Shown here: piece after piece, positions 1 to 8,504 of the stretch | Layout: the number at the start of each line of letters is the position of its first letter | Position numbering within the stretch: position 1 is the stretch's first letter | Assembly: GCA_023416745.1 (NCBI GenBank) | Contig: JAEZHF010000051.1 | Location: forward strand, 140-64,139 | DNA: 64,000 nt | Source: Bacillota bacterium | Lineage (GTDB): Bacteria > Bacillota > Clostridia > Christensenellales > SZUA-584 | Reading direction: 5' to 3' | Translations under genes and position numbers: made by a program | Notes under the pieces: model-generated | What the model was told of the DNA's origin: nothing | Databases searched by the model: none | Seen by the model: the letters and a program-made list of their open reading frames with translations, nothing else

Positions 1-89
1 TCCGGCCTCCCAGAACTGTTGTGGAGATTATAACGTTTTTTGCTGATTATGTATAGAATAGGTTAGGATTATAAGAAACGGGTGCTGCT

Positions 90-560
90 TTACTGCCAAC
101 GGCCTGAATCGCAAAGGCTTAAAACGGCCTGGGCTGCTGCCCGAATTGACATATCAACCGGCGTGCTCTCATCGGGAACTGCTTTACAAGCCGCCATATA
201 CACCGACTCGCAGGCCTTTTTCAGTTTAAGCAGCCGATGAATACACGCTCTGGCCTCCGCCTGCATCTGATTGCTTCTGGCTTCAGCCTCTGCCATACAA
301 TTCATCGCTTTTAGCTCTGCTTGCTCTATGATCTGTTTTGCCGCCTGTTCAGCCTGCGAGATGGCATCGGATACATACTGAGCATCCGCCCGATACTGCT
401 GAACGATTGCCGTCAGCGCCTTGTTCTCTTCACGGAGTTCCATAATGCGCTGTCTTTGTTCCCTCAGGCATTCCTCATAATCTCTTTTAATCCTTTTCAC
501 AAAAATATCAACTTCTCTGGCATTGTAATTCCCAGTCAGCGTCTTTTTCAAGTCTTCCAT
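90..560 (-). CDS. DivIVA-domain coiled-coil protein
   Basis: ORF 90..689 trimmed to the internal ATG (MEDLKK...) behind a GAGAGGGTG SD. GNYNAREVDIFV resembles the DivIVA N-terminal signature and the rest is heptad-like. The long form would overlap pncB. Confidence 0.6.
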   Translation of the reverse strand: MEDLKKTLTGNYNAREVDIFVKRIKRDYEECLREQRQRIMELREENKALTAIVQQYRADAQYVSDAISQAEQAAKQIIEQAELKAMNCMAEAEARSNQMQAEARACIHRLLKLKKACESVYMAACKAVPDESTPVDMSIRAAAQAVLSLCDSGRWQ

Positions 561-648
561 ATCATCACCCTCTCTTACCGAGAGAATAACATTGCAGCCG
601 GGAAAAAGTTGTCGGACGACGCGATGATATGTGTCTATATATATCAAA

Positions 649-2079
649 TTACACTGACCATTGTTCCAAAAGCGACTTCTTGAGTTCATACAGCTTCTGC
701 GACAGGTCCACCTTATACTCCTGAGGGTTGATCAATCGCTTGATCTCATCCCAGAATGTTGCCAGATCCTCTTCGGCATATCTTTGAATTTCTAAAAGCG
801 ATGGCGACCTATATATCTGCTGGCCATCTTTGAAAACAGGTACCATCAGTTCCCTTGCACTGAAGTTAGTCAGGCGCATACGTTTCCAGGTGTCGACAGG
901 GTGAAAAATAGTCAACGGTTTGTTTTCATCAATTGTCTCTTCATCAAGTAAAATCAAGTCGGCAATGGCTTTGCCGTTATTTCTGTCATAAAGCCGCATA
1001 ATTTTTTTGTATCCAGGGTTTGTAATCTTCTCAACATTATCGCTGACTTTAATTTTAGGGACAGTTTCGCCATCAGATATCTCAGCGGACAGTTTATAAA
1101 CGCCGCCCAAGGCAGGACAGCCCTCGCTTGTGATGAGCTTGGTGCCCACGCCCCATACATCAATTCTCGCTCCTTGAAGCTTCATATCGCGGATAAGCCA
1201 TTCATCAATATCGCTGGATGCAAATATTTTCACGTCGTGGAAGCCGGCGCTGTCTAGCATTGCACGCGCCTTTTTGCTAATATAGGCGAGGTCTCCGGAA
1301 TCCAGACGAATGCCGACAGGTTTATGCCCCTTTCTTTGCAGTTCCTCAAAGACCTTGATCGCGTTAGGAACGCCGCTCTTCAGCGTATCATAGGTGTCTA
1401 CCAGCAGCAGGCAAGTATCCGGGAATATATTCGCATATGCGCGGAACGCATCTATCTCCGAAGCGAAGCTCATCACCCAACTGTGCGCGTGCGTTCCTTT
1501 CACGGGTATTCCGTATAACTCGCCAGTCATTACGTTTGATGTTGATGTGCATCCGCCGATGATAGCTGCACGTGCGCCGTATATGCCTGCATCCGGTCCC
1601 TGAGCGCGCCGCAGACCAAATTCTAGCACGCTGTTTCCTTCCGCGGCATAAACAACGCGGGAAGCTTTAGTCGCGATAAGCGTCTGATGATTGATCAGAT
1701 TGAGAAGCGCTGTTTCCAGCAGCTGCGCCTGCATAATGGGCGCCTTAACGCGCAGGATGGGCTCGAAAGGAAACACAACCGTACCCTCCGGCACGGCGTA
1801 AATTTCGCCGGTGAATTTAAATTCTTTCAGCATGCTCAGAAAACGCTCATCAAACAAATTCAAGGTTCGAAGGTATTCAATATCGACGGCATCAAAATGC
1901 AGATTGTTGACAAAATCAATGGCCTGTTCAAGGCCCGCCGCAATAGCATAAGCGCTCCCGCACGGCGCCTTTCTAAAGAACAAATCGAAAACGGCTGCCT
2001 TTTCAGACATGCCGCATCGATAAAATCCATACATCATCGTCAGCTGATACAAATCTGTCAGCATTGTAAGATTTCTCAT
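649..2079 (-). CDS. pncB: nicotinate phosphoribosyltransferase
   Basis: 476 aa. The N-terminus LTDLYQLTMMYGF and overall NAPRTase-like sequence fit the family. Confidence 0.9.
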   Translation of the reverse strand: MRNLTMLTDLYQLTMMYGFYRCGMSEKAAVFDLFFRKAPCGSAYAIAAGLEQAIDFVNNLHFDAVDIEYLRTLNLFDERFLSMLKEFKFTGEIYAVPEGTVVFPFEPILRVKAPIMQAQLLETALLNLINHQTLIATKASRVVYAAEGNSVLEFGLRRAQGPDAGIYGARAAIIGGCTSTSNVMTGELYGIPVKGTHAHSWVMSFASEIDAFRAYANIFPDTCLLLVDTYDTLKSGVPNAIKVFEELQRKGHKPVGIRLDSGDLAYISKKARAMLDSAGFHDVKIFASSDIDEWLIRDMKLQGARIDVWGVGTKLITSEGCPALGGVYKLSAEISDGETVPKIKVSDNVEKITNPGYKKIMRLYDRNNGKAIADLILLDEETIDENKPLTIFHPVDTWKRMRLTNFSARELMVPVFKDGQQIYRSPSLLEIQRYAEEDLATFWDEIKRLINPQEYKVDLSQKLYELKKSLLEQWSV

Positions 2080-2084
2080 TGAAG

Positions 2085-3128
2085 TTACGACTCCTTGCCG
2101 TCGTCTTTCCCCTCTGTCTTCTTCGGGATAACAGTATCGTCTTCAGATACAGATATCTTTTCTTGAATACTCTCCAGCCGCTTCTTAGCTTTTTCCGCCC
2201 TGGAGTTGGCTTTTACCACCCTTTTTAACTGATCGTCATACTTCTGCCTAAGAGCATCCGCTTTTTCTTCAGCCATTTTGGCATCATATCTCGCTTTATA
2301 CAGCTTGCCGTTGGCTTTAAACTCGCTGATCTGCTCCTGTGACCAACTCAAACTGTAATAGCCGTCATATGGCGTAACCTTCACTTTCAAGACTTTCATG
2401 ATAATGATGTACGCAAGACCCAATACGAAGAGTACGGCACTGAGCAACTGAGACACACGAATTTCATTGATCATTAGACTATCGGTACGAAGCGCTTCGA
2501 TCCAAAAGCGGCCCAAGCCATACAGTGCCAAATAGAGCGCGAACACGCCGCCTCTGACCTTAATTCTCTTGCGCACAGCCATGAGTGCAATGAACACCAG
2601 CACGTTCCACATGGACTCATAAAAGAACGTGGCCTGAAACCATTCACCGTTTATGTTGACGCCAACGGGAAACCATTGCAAGCTCGGGTCGGTTATCAAT
2701 CCGCCGTGAGCCTCCTGATTCACATAATTACCCCAGCGACCAATAGCCTGCGCGATGATGAGACTAGGGGCCGCGATATCAAGCATGTCTCCGATGTTGA
2801 TACGCCGCCAGGCTTTAAACACCAGCGCGGCTATGACGCCGCCTATGACAGCGCCATAAATTGCCATTCCGCCTTCCCATATCGCGAATATTTTGAGCAG
2901 GTTGCCCGCATAATTTTCCCATTCGAAAATTACGTAATACAGCCTGCCGCATACGATGCCGATCGGAATGGCAAGCAGCATAAAATCAAGCACCATCTCA
3001 GACCGGAACCCTCTTCTTTTGGCTTCAATCACGCCGAGCACCACGCCCACAATCAAAGCTGTTGCGATTATAATTCCATACCAGTATATATCTTTTCCAA
3101 ATAAAGAAAAGGCGACTCTGCCGTCCAT
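2085..3128 (-). CDS. lgt: prolipoprotein diacylglyceryl transferase with C-terminal charged extension
   Basis: Polytopic membrane protein with the GRWGNYVNQEAHG Lgt signature. AGGAGG SD precedes the ATG. About 90 aa of K/E-rich tail is appended. Confidence 0.9.
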   Translation of the reverse strand: MDGRVAFSLFGKDIYWYGIIIATALIVGVVLGVIEAKRRGFRSEMVLDFMLLAIPIGIVCGRLYYVIFEWENYAGNLLKIFAIWEGGMAIYGAVIGGVIAALVFKAWRRINIGDMLDIAAPSLIIAQAIGRWGNYVNQEAHGGLITDPSLQWFPVGVNINGEWFQATFFYESMWNVLVFIALMAVRKRIKVRGGVFALYLALYGLGRFWIEALRTDSLMINEIRVSQLLSAVLFVLGLAYIIIMKVLKVKVTPYDGYYSLSWSQEQISEFKANGKLYKARYDAKMAEEKADALRQKYDDQLKRVVKANSRAEKAKKRLESIQEKISVSEDDTVIPKKTEGKDDGKES

Positions 3129-3156
3129 ACTGACCTCCTATATTTACATTGTTTAT

Positions 3157-3185
3157 ATTATAGGACCTTCATTCTTTTGGGTCAA
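3157..3185 (-). promoter_or_regulatory. sigma-A type promoter of lgt
   Basis: TTGACC-17 nt-TATAAT on the minus strand, about 30 nt upstream of the lgt ATG. Confidence 0.5.
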
Positions 3186-3229
3186 GCAATGTGCAAAAAA
3201 AGAGCCGCTCTTCCGCAGCCTAGTAAACT

Positions 3230-4081
3230 TCATTGATTAAATATAAACTCGATTGCCTGCCCTTCGATGATGCTTCCTTCAATCTGCAAGTCGGCAGTCA
3301 GTTCCGTCAACCTCTCAGCAATGTCCTCCGTGACCATAAACATCATGGAGCCTGTCTCAATTTCGCCATTATACTCGATGCCATACTCGATGATCATGTC
3401 TTCGAGCGCTTCTCTGATATCGGCCTCAAGCTCATCGGGCACATATACGATACAGGATGGAGTGCGCTCCCCAAGACCACCAGCGATTTTTGGATTTGGC
3501 TGGCCATCCTGAACATAGGAAGCTTCCTCGGTCTCCGTCATAGCGTATTGAATTTCGGGGGCTTCGGCCATTTCTTCTGCCGCTGGTTCTTCCATTGCCG
3601 CCGGCGCTTCGGTGGCAGCAGGTTCTTCAGCAGGCGCTTCAGCCGCGGGCGCCATATCCATTGAATACATTTCGTCCTGCGGCGCGCCCTCCGCGGGTGC
3701 AGCCATCATTATGCTCTCCTCCGCATTTCGGGTGGAACCACCGTCAGCATTTTGCAGTACACCGGAGGTCAGAACAACGACCAGCGTGATGACTGCTGCC
3801 GCAGCCACAGAGATGTAAGCGAAAGGAACCGAACGACGCCTGCTCGCTTTGCGGCAAGCTTCCCTGGCCAGTCCTTCAGGCGGTTGCAGTCCGCCCAGCG
3901 CGGCGAGCGCGTTTTTAAGGCGTATCGCGTTATCAAGTTCCTTTTTGCAGTCAGGGCATGCCTCAGCATGCGAATACAATTCCTCCGTCTGCGCGGAACT
4001 TAAGACGCCATCAATATACAGCTCGATTTTTTCTTTTGCATTCCGACAGTCCATCCCGCGCACATCCTTAAAAAACATCAT
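3230..4081 (-). CDS. zf-HC2 type transmembrane anti-sigma factor (start ambiguous, alternative ATG at 4054)
   Basis: N-terminal H-x3-C-x2-C (HAEACPDC), one TM segment (FAYISVAAAAVITLVVVL), and an A/P/E-rich low-complexity ectodomain. Confidence 0.6.
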   Translation of the reverse strand: MMFFKDVRGMDCRNAKEKIELYIDGVLSSAQTEELYSHAEACPDCKKELDNAIRLKNALAALGGLQPPEGLAREACRKASRRRSVPFAYISVAAAAVITLVVVLTSGVLQNADGGSTRNAEESIMMAAPAEGAPQDEMYSMDMAPAAEAPAEEPAATEAPAAMEEPAAEEMAEAPEIQYAMTETEEASYVQDGQPNPKIAGGLGERTPSCIVYVPDELEADIREALEDMIIEYGIEYNGEIETGSMMFMVTEDIAERLTELTADLQIEGSIIEGQAIEFIFNQ

Positions 4082-4141
4082 TTGAGCGATGGGACGTACT
4101 TAATACTTTTTTAATTTTTCAACACCACCGCTCACTCATAT

Positions 4142-4167
4142 GACGCGCAGCTAAACAGATTTGTTCC
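4142..4167 (-). promoter_or_regulatory. ECF-sigma-like promoter upstream of the anti-sigma gene
   Basis: Minus strand reads GGAAC-17 nt-CGTC, the AAC/CGT pattern of ECF promoters, about 60 nt upstream of the ORF. Confidence 0.3.
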
Positions 4168-4234
4168 GCCGCTTTCACTTCATTTCAAAATTATATTACA
4201 AATATTGCGCAGGTACAACATTTTTCAGAGCATA

Positions 4235-6403
4235 TCAACCACATTTGGAATATCCGCAGGACCGGCACATCACGCAGCCGCTTTCGTGTTCCAGCGGTGA
4301 GGCGCATTCAGGGCATTTACCGCCGCCACTCGTCGCTGTCTCGTCCGTTTCGCCGCCACGCAGTTCCACCACCCGTTCGAGGACGCGTCCGATGGCATCC
4401 GGGCAGGACAGAACTTTGAGGCCCTTTTGGCGCAGTGTTGAATGACACCGTATGCCGCGCAGCTGCTCGATGACGCTTTGCACATCCACGCCGGAGCGCA
4501 GCGCCATCGACACCAAACGGCTGGTTGCCTCCGACTGCGACGGACAACCGCCAGCACGTCCGACGTTGGTGAACACCTCACAAATGCCGTTTGAGTCGTA
4601 ATTGACCGTGACATACAAGTTGCCGCAGCCAATCTTTATCTTTTGCGTGATGCCCTTGGTAATCTCGGGACGTTCGCGCGGCGTCAGCTTGTCGTCAGCA
4701 TTTTCGGGCTCATTCTTGCCGCCGACAGAAAGCACCTGTCCCTGACGGCTGCCGTCCCGGTATATCGTCACCCCTTTGAGCCCCAAACTGTGCGCGAGAT
4801 CATACGCGGCACGCACATCGTCCCTCGTGGCCGTTTTGGGGAAATTGACGGTTTTGGACACCGCGTTGTCCGTAAATTCCTGAAATGCGCTCTGCATGCG
4901 GATGTGATACTCCGGCGTGATGTCATGCGCCGTAACGAAAACGCGAACCACATCGGCTGGTATGCCGTCAATTCCATGCAGCGTGCCCTTTTTGGCGATC
5001 TGCTCCATCAGCGCCCGGCTGTAAACGCCGCGATCTTTGGCCACCTTTTCGAAGTACGGATGTATCTCAAGCAGTTTGTCGTCATCCATCACATTGCGTA
5101 TATAGGATATCGCAAACACCGGTTCGATGCCGCTCGACGCGCCCGCGATAATAGATATGGTGCCTGTGGGCGCGATGGTGGTCACCGTCGCGTTCCGCAT
5201 TGCTACAAAGCCCTGCCGTTTGTAAACGCTCTTCTCGAACATCGGAAAGCTGCCTCGCTGTTTGCCAAGCTCTTCAGACGCGATTCTAGCGGTGTGCTGT
5301 ATCGCCCCCATTACATCACGCGCGAGCTGCACAGCCTGTTCCGAGTTGTACGGTATGCCCAGCTTATACAGCATGTCCGAGAAGCCCATCACACCGAGGC
5401 CAATCTTTCGCATGTTTTTTGTCGTTTGTTCGATGATCTCCAGCGGATAACGATTCACGTCGATCACATTGTCCAAAAAGTGTACAGCTGTCTTAACTGT
5501 CTGTTCAATTCCGTTATAGTCCACCGCACCGTCCTTCACGAACGCGTTCAGGTTGAGAGAGCCGAGATTGCAGCTCTCAAACGGCAGCAGCGGCTGTTCG
5601 CCGCACGGGTTGGTGCTTTCAATCTCTCCGGCAGCGGGAACGGGGTTGTCCTTGTTAATTCGATCTAGAAATACGATACCCGGTTCGCCGTTCTGCCATG
5701 CCATATCCACGATGGCGTCGTATACCTTGCGCGCACTCTCGCTGCCCGTTTTTTTCTTCGTTCTGGGATCGATAAGATCGTATTTCTTGTCGTCGGTGAC
5801 CGCTTGCACGAACTTTTCCGTCAAGCCAACGCTGATGTTGAAGTTAGTCAGCTGCTTTAAGTCGCTCTTACAGCTGATGAACTCGAGTATGTCCGGATGG
5901 TCAACGCGCAGTATTCCCATGTTAGCGCCGCGCCGCGTGCCGCCCTGCTTCACTGCCTCGGTGGATGCATTAAACACCTTCATAAAGCTGACGGGACCGC
6001 TGGCGACACCGCCTGTCGAATTGACGCTCGCGCCTGCCGGACGAAGCCTAGAGAACGAGAAACCTGTCCCGCCGCCGCTCTTGTGTATCATTGCGGCGTT
6101 CTTCAGGCTGTCAAAAATGCCCTCCATACTGTCTTCCACTGGCAGAACAAAGCAGGCTGATAGCTGCCCCAGTTCTCGCCCGGCGTTCATCAGCGTGGGC
6201 GAATTGGGCATAAACTTTAAGCTGTCCATCATGTCGAAAAATTCATCTGCGGTTTTTTCAACATCACTGCCGTAGACTGCATCCGCTTTAGCTATCGCTA
6301 CCGCGACGCGTCGCAGCATATCTTCCGGCGCTTCGCAACCGCTTGCTTCCTTTATTAAGTAACGCCTCTCAAGCACAACACGAGCGTTTTCTGAAATGTT
6401 CAT
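4235..6403 (-). CDS. nrdJ: adenosylcobalamin-dependent (class II) ribonucleotide reductase
   Basis: About 720 aa with RNR barrel motifs (NPCGEQPL, TIAPTGT) and a C-terminal Cys-rich tail. Start moved to MNISEN because GGAGGT lies 5 nt upstream. Confidence 0.9.
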   Translation of the reverse strand: MNISENARVVLERRYLIKEASGCEAPEDMLRRVAVAIAKADAVYGSDVEKTADEFFDMMDSLKFMPNSPTLMNAGRELGQLSACFVLPVEDSMEGIFDSLKNAAMIHKSGGGTGFSFSRLRPAGASVNSTGGVASGPVSFMKVFNASTEAVKQGGTRRGANMGILRVDHPDILEFISCKSDLKQLTNFNISVGLTEKFVQAVTDDKKYDLIDPRTKKKTGSESARKVYDAIVDMAWQNGEPGIVFLDRINKDNPVPAAGEIESTNPCGEQPLLPFESCNLGSLNLNAFVKDGAVDYNGIEQTVKTAVHFLDNVIDVNRYPLEIIEQTTKNMRKIGLGVMGFSDMLYKLGIPYNSEQAVQLARDVMGAIQHTARIASEELGKQRGSFPMFEKSVYKRQGFVAMRNATVTTIAPTGTISIIAGASSGIEPVFAISYIRNVMDDDKLLEIHPYFEKVAKDRGVYSRALMEQIAKKGTLHGIDGIPADVVRVFVTAHDITPEYHIRMQSAFQEFTDNAVSKTVNFPKTATRDDVRAAYDLAHSLGLKGVTIYRDGSRQGQVLSVGGKNEPENADDKLTPRERPEITKGITQKIKIGCGNLYVTVNYDSNGICEVFTNVGRAGGCPSQSEATSRLVSMALRSGVDVQSVIEQLRGIRCHSTLRQKGLKVLSCPDAIGRVLERVVELRGGETDETATSGGGKCPECASPLEHESGCVMCRSCGYSKCG

Positions 6404-6439
6404 AATACCTCCGGTACGCATTATAATGTATATGAGTCA

Positions 6440-6468
6440 AATCATACTACAATATATAGGCACTATCA
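6440..6468 (-). promoter_or_regulatory. nrdJ promoter with candidate NrdR box in the spacer
   Basis: TTGATA-17 nt-TATGAT. The spacer contains CCTATATATTGTAG, whose core CTATATATTG fits the NrdR box core CwAtATaTwG. Confidence 0.45.
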
Positions 6469-6483
6469 AGAATTATTTGCATT

Positions 6484-7272
6484 TTATCCGACAAAGTTAT
6501 AGTAAAGATTTTTAAAGGCGGAGATGTCATAATCCGGTTTGGAGGAGAAGTATTGTATTTGCCCCTGCTGCTGGTTTGCGCACAGCATCCGGCCGTCACT
6601 CAGCACACGCTCTAATTGGCGCGCAGTGCCGTGCCGGCCGTCAAACACCGGGCAGTCTGTACGGGTGATTTTATCGATGTAGCTTTTGATGTGTGCTTCC
6701 ACAAATGAATAATGGGTGCAGCCCAGCACAACAGCCCCGATGGATTGTCCATCCAGAAATGCCAGTTGCTCCGTCAGATATGCGTATATGCTTGCCTCGT
6801 CTGTCCGGCCTTCTTCGATCAGTTCCACCAAACCGCCGCAGCCCACGCTCAGTACCTCGCCGTGAGCGCCCAGCCGCTCGATCAGGCCGAGGTATCGTGC
6901 TTGAGACACCGTAGCGGGCGTCGCCAGCACCAGCACCTTACCTGCGTTTCTGCCCTCCATCGCCGGTTTCACAGCGGGTTCCATGCTGATCACGGGAATG
7001 TTGTAGGCTTCCCGCATCATGATCACCGCAGCGCTCGTGGCCGTGTTGCACGCCACCACAATAGCTTTAACACCCTTGCCATATAGAAAACTACAGGCGT
7101 CAAAAGTCAGGCGTTTGATCTCGTCCTCTGTTTTGTTTCCGTAGGGTGCGTTGAGGTTGTCCCCGTAATAGATGCAGTTTTCCTGCGGCAGCAGAAGGCA
7201 GGCAGTTTTGAGCACGCTGATCCCGCCCACTCCGGAATCGAAAAAACCGATTGGTTTGCAGCTGTCAGACAT
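6484..7272 (-). CDS. murI: glutamate racemase
   Basis: FDSGVGG, VVACNTAT and LGCTHY motifs. Confidence 0.9.
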   Translation of the reverse strand: MSDSCKPIGFFDSGVGGISVLKTACLLLPQENCIYYGDNLNAPYGNKTEDEIKRLTFDACSFLYGKGVKAIVVACNTATSAAVIMMREAYNIPVISMEPAVKPAMEGRNAGKVLVLATPATVSQARYLGLIERLGAHGEVLSVGCGGLVELIEEGRTDEASIYAYLTEQLAFLDGQSIGAVVLGCTHYSFVEAHIKSYIDKITRTDCPVFDGRHGTARQLERVLSDGRMLCANQQQGQIQYFSSKPDYDISAFKNLYYNFVG

Positions 7273-7277
7273 TTTTT

Positions 7278-7320
7278 CTCCCGTCGCAAGTGATAGTTCA
7301 TTATACTCCTTCGACGGGAG
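7278..7320 (-). promoter_or_regulatory. SD-sequestering hairpin at murI
   Basis: Perfect 9-bp inverted repeat CTCCCGTCG-25 nt-CGACGGGAG. The 3' arm contains the murI SD (GGGAG) and the 5' arm lies in the promoter spacer. Confidence 0.5.
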
Positions 7321-7328
7321 CGTTTCAA
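7300..7328 (-). promoter_or_regulatory. sigma-A type promoter of murI
   Basis: TTGAAA-17 nt-TATAAT on the minus strand, 28 nt upstream of the murI ATG. Confidence 0.5.
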
Positions 7329-7350
7329 TACCTGCATCTATTCTGCTTGA

Positions 7351-8439
7351 TTACTGATTACCCAACTCCAGCACTTCGCTCAGCGCTTTCGCCACGTATT
7401 TGGCGGAGTTCATGGCCTGTTCCAGCGTGTTGGCGTTGTGGCCGATCTCGATGAGCAGGCACATGTCGGACACTTGCTGATTATACCGCCCTGTTTTGAC
7501 TCGTATCGGGCGAGTGAACCCCTTCCGGATGTCCTCTAACTCGTTTGTCACAGCCAGTGCGAGCTTATAGTTAGACTCGTAGTTGGGCTTCACCGAATAT
7601 TTCTCACCCGTGCCGACGACGAACATCACACGGGCGCACTCTTCCCCGTTCACCGTAACGAAGTCTTTCTTGCCCGCTTCCTCGTCGCCATAGGCGTCCC
7701 TGTGCACATCGATAAACACCTTGACGGATGGGTATTCGTCCTGATACTGCTCCATTGTCTTCAGCGAACGGTCGTAAGACGTTTTCAGCGATGGTGGTTC
7801 ATGGTTAGTTTTGTCATGCAACACTGAGTAGCCATAACGCTCAAGCTGCGACTCCAGCTCATTTCCCACGGCGACGATGGATCGCAGTTCGTTTGCGGTG
7901 CGCCATGCACCCGCCTCCACGTATTCCTGTCCCGAAGTCTGACGGTAGGCCTCTGTGGTATGCGTATGGTATATCAGTATTTGAGGGCCGCTCATACCGA
8001 CGTGGAAATCCTTCGGTGCATCGTTCGCAAACCCCAGTATCTCCATTTTAATGTCGTCCGGCAGTACGTCGAAGTATATGTCTGTGGCAGGGCTTTGGTT
8101 CTCCGCGTGGTCGTCCATATATATTTCTTCAATATCCGTGCCGTATATCACTGGCATTTCCTGTGCCAGTATCAACCGTGGGTCGATGATGCTTTGCTTG
8201 AATATACCCTCCTCGCCCGAAGCGTCGATGAGCGCCTTATCGGGCAATGCCGTGCCCAATGAAGCCACGTTTTTTGATTGGTCACTTATCCGCGCAACAA
8301 ATAGGCCCGTCAGCGCAAGGCACAGCGCGGTAGCCGTGAGCAGTGCCCCTTTGATCAGCATAGCTGCACATCTGTGAACAGGCGACTGTTCCGGACCCTG
8401 TTCCGTTTCCGGCTTTTCTGTTTCTCTCGTTTTCCTCAT
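7351..8439 (-). CDS. spoIIP: stage II sporulation protein P
   Basis: N-terminal TM segment, an IYHTHTTEAY motif and an amidase-like C-terminal domain. Adjacent to gpr, as is typical in spore formers. Confidence 0.8.
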   Translation of the reverse strand: MRKTRETEKPETEQGPEQSPVHRCAAMLIKGALLTATALCLALTGLFVARISDQSKNVASLGTALPDKALIDASGEEGIFKQSIIDPRLILAQEMPVIYGTDIEEIYMDDHAENQSPATDIYFDVLPDDIKMEILGFANDAPKDFHVGMSGPQILIYHTHTTEAYRQTSGQEYVEAGAWRTANELRSIVAVGNELESQLERYGYSVLHDKTNHEPPSLKTSYDRSLKTMEQYQDEYPSVKVFIDVHRDAYGDEEAGKKDFVTVNGEECARVMFVVGTGEKYSVKPNYESNYKLALAVTNELEDIRKGFTRPIRVKTGRYNQQVSDMCLLIEIGHNANTLEQAMNSAKYVAKALSEVLELGNQ

Positions 8440-8460
8440 CCTTTTGCACTCCTTGAATAA

Positions 8461-8489
8461 AATCTATGCAGTGCGATGAGGGTGTATAC
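8461..8489 (-). promoter_or_regulatory. sigma-E-like promoter candidate for spoIIP
   Basis: GTATACA-14 nt-CATAGATT, compared with the remembered consensus kmATATT-14-CATACAmT. Confidence 0.25.
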
Positions 8490-8504
8490 ATTAATTATGT
8501 AAGT

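Noticed and set aside
3540-3720. Imperfect GCTTC/GCNGC-type DNA repeats.
   Set aside because: They are the coding reflection of the A/P/E-rich low-complexity ectodomain of the anti-sigma protein, not an independent repeat element.
6404-6483. Cobalamin riboswitch upstream of the B12-dependent RNR.
   Set aside because: The whole leader is about 35 nt downstream of the predicted -10, far too short for a cobalamin aptamer. No B12-box-like sequence is seen.
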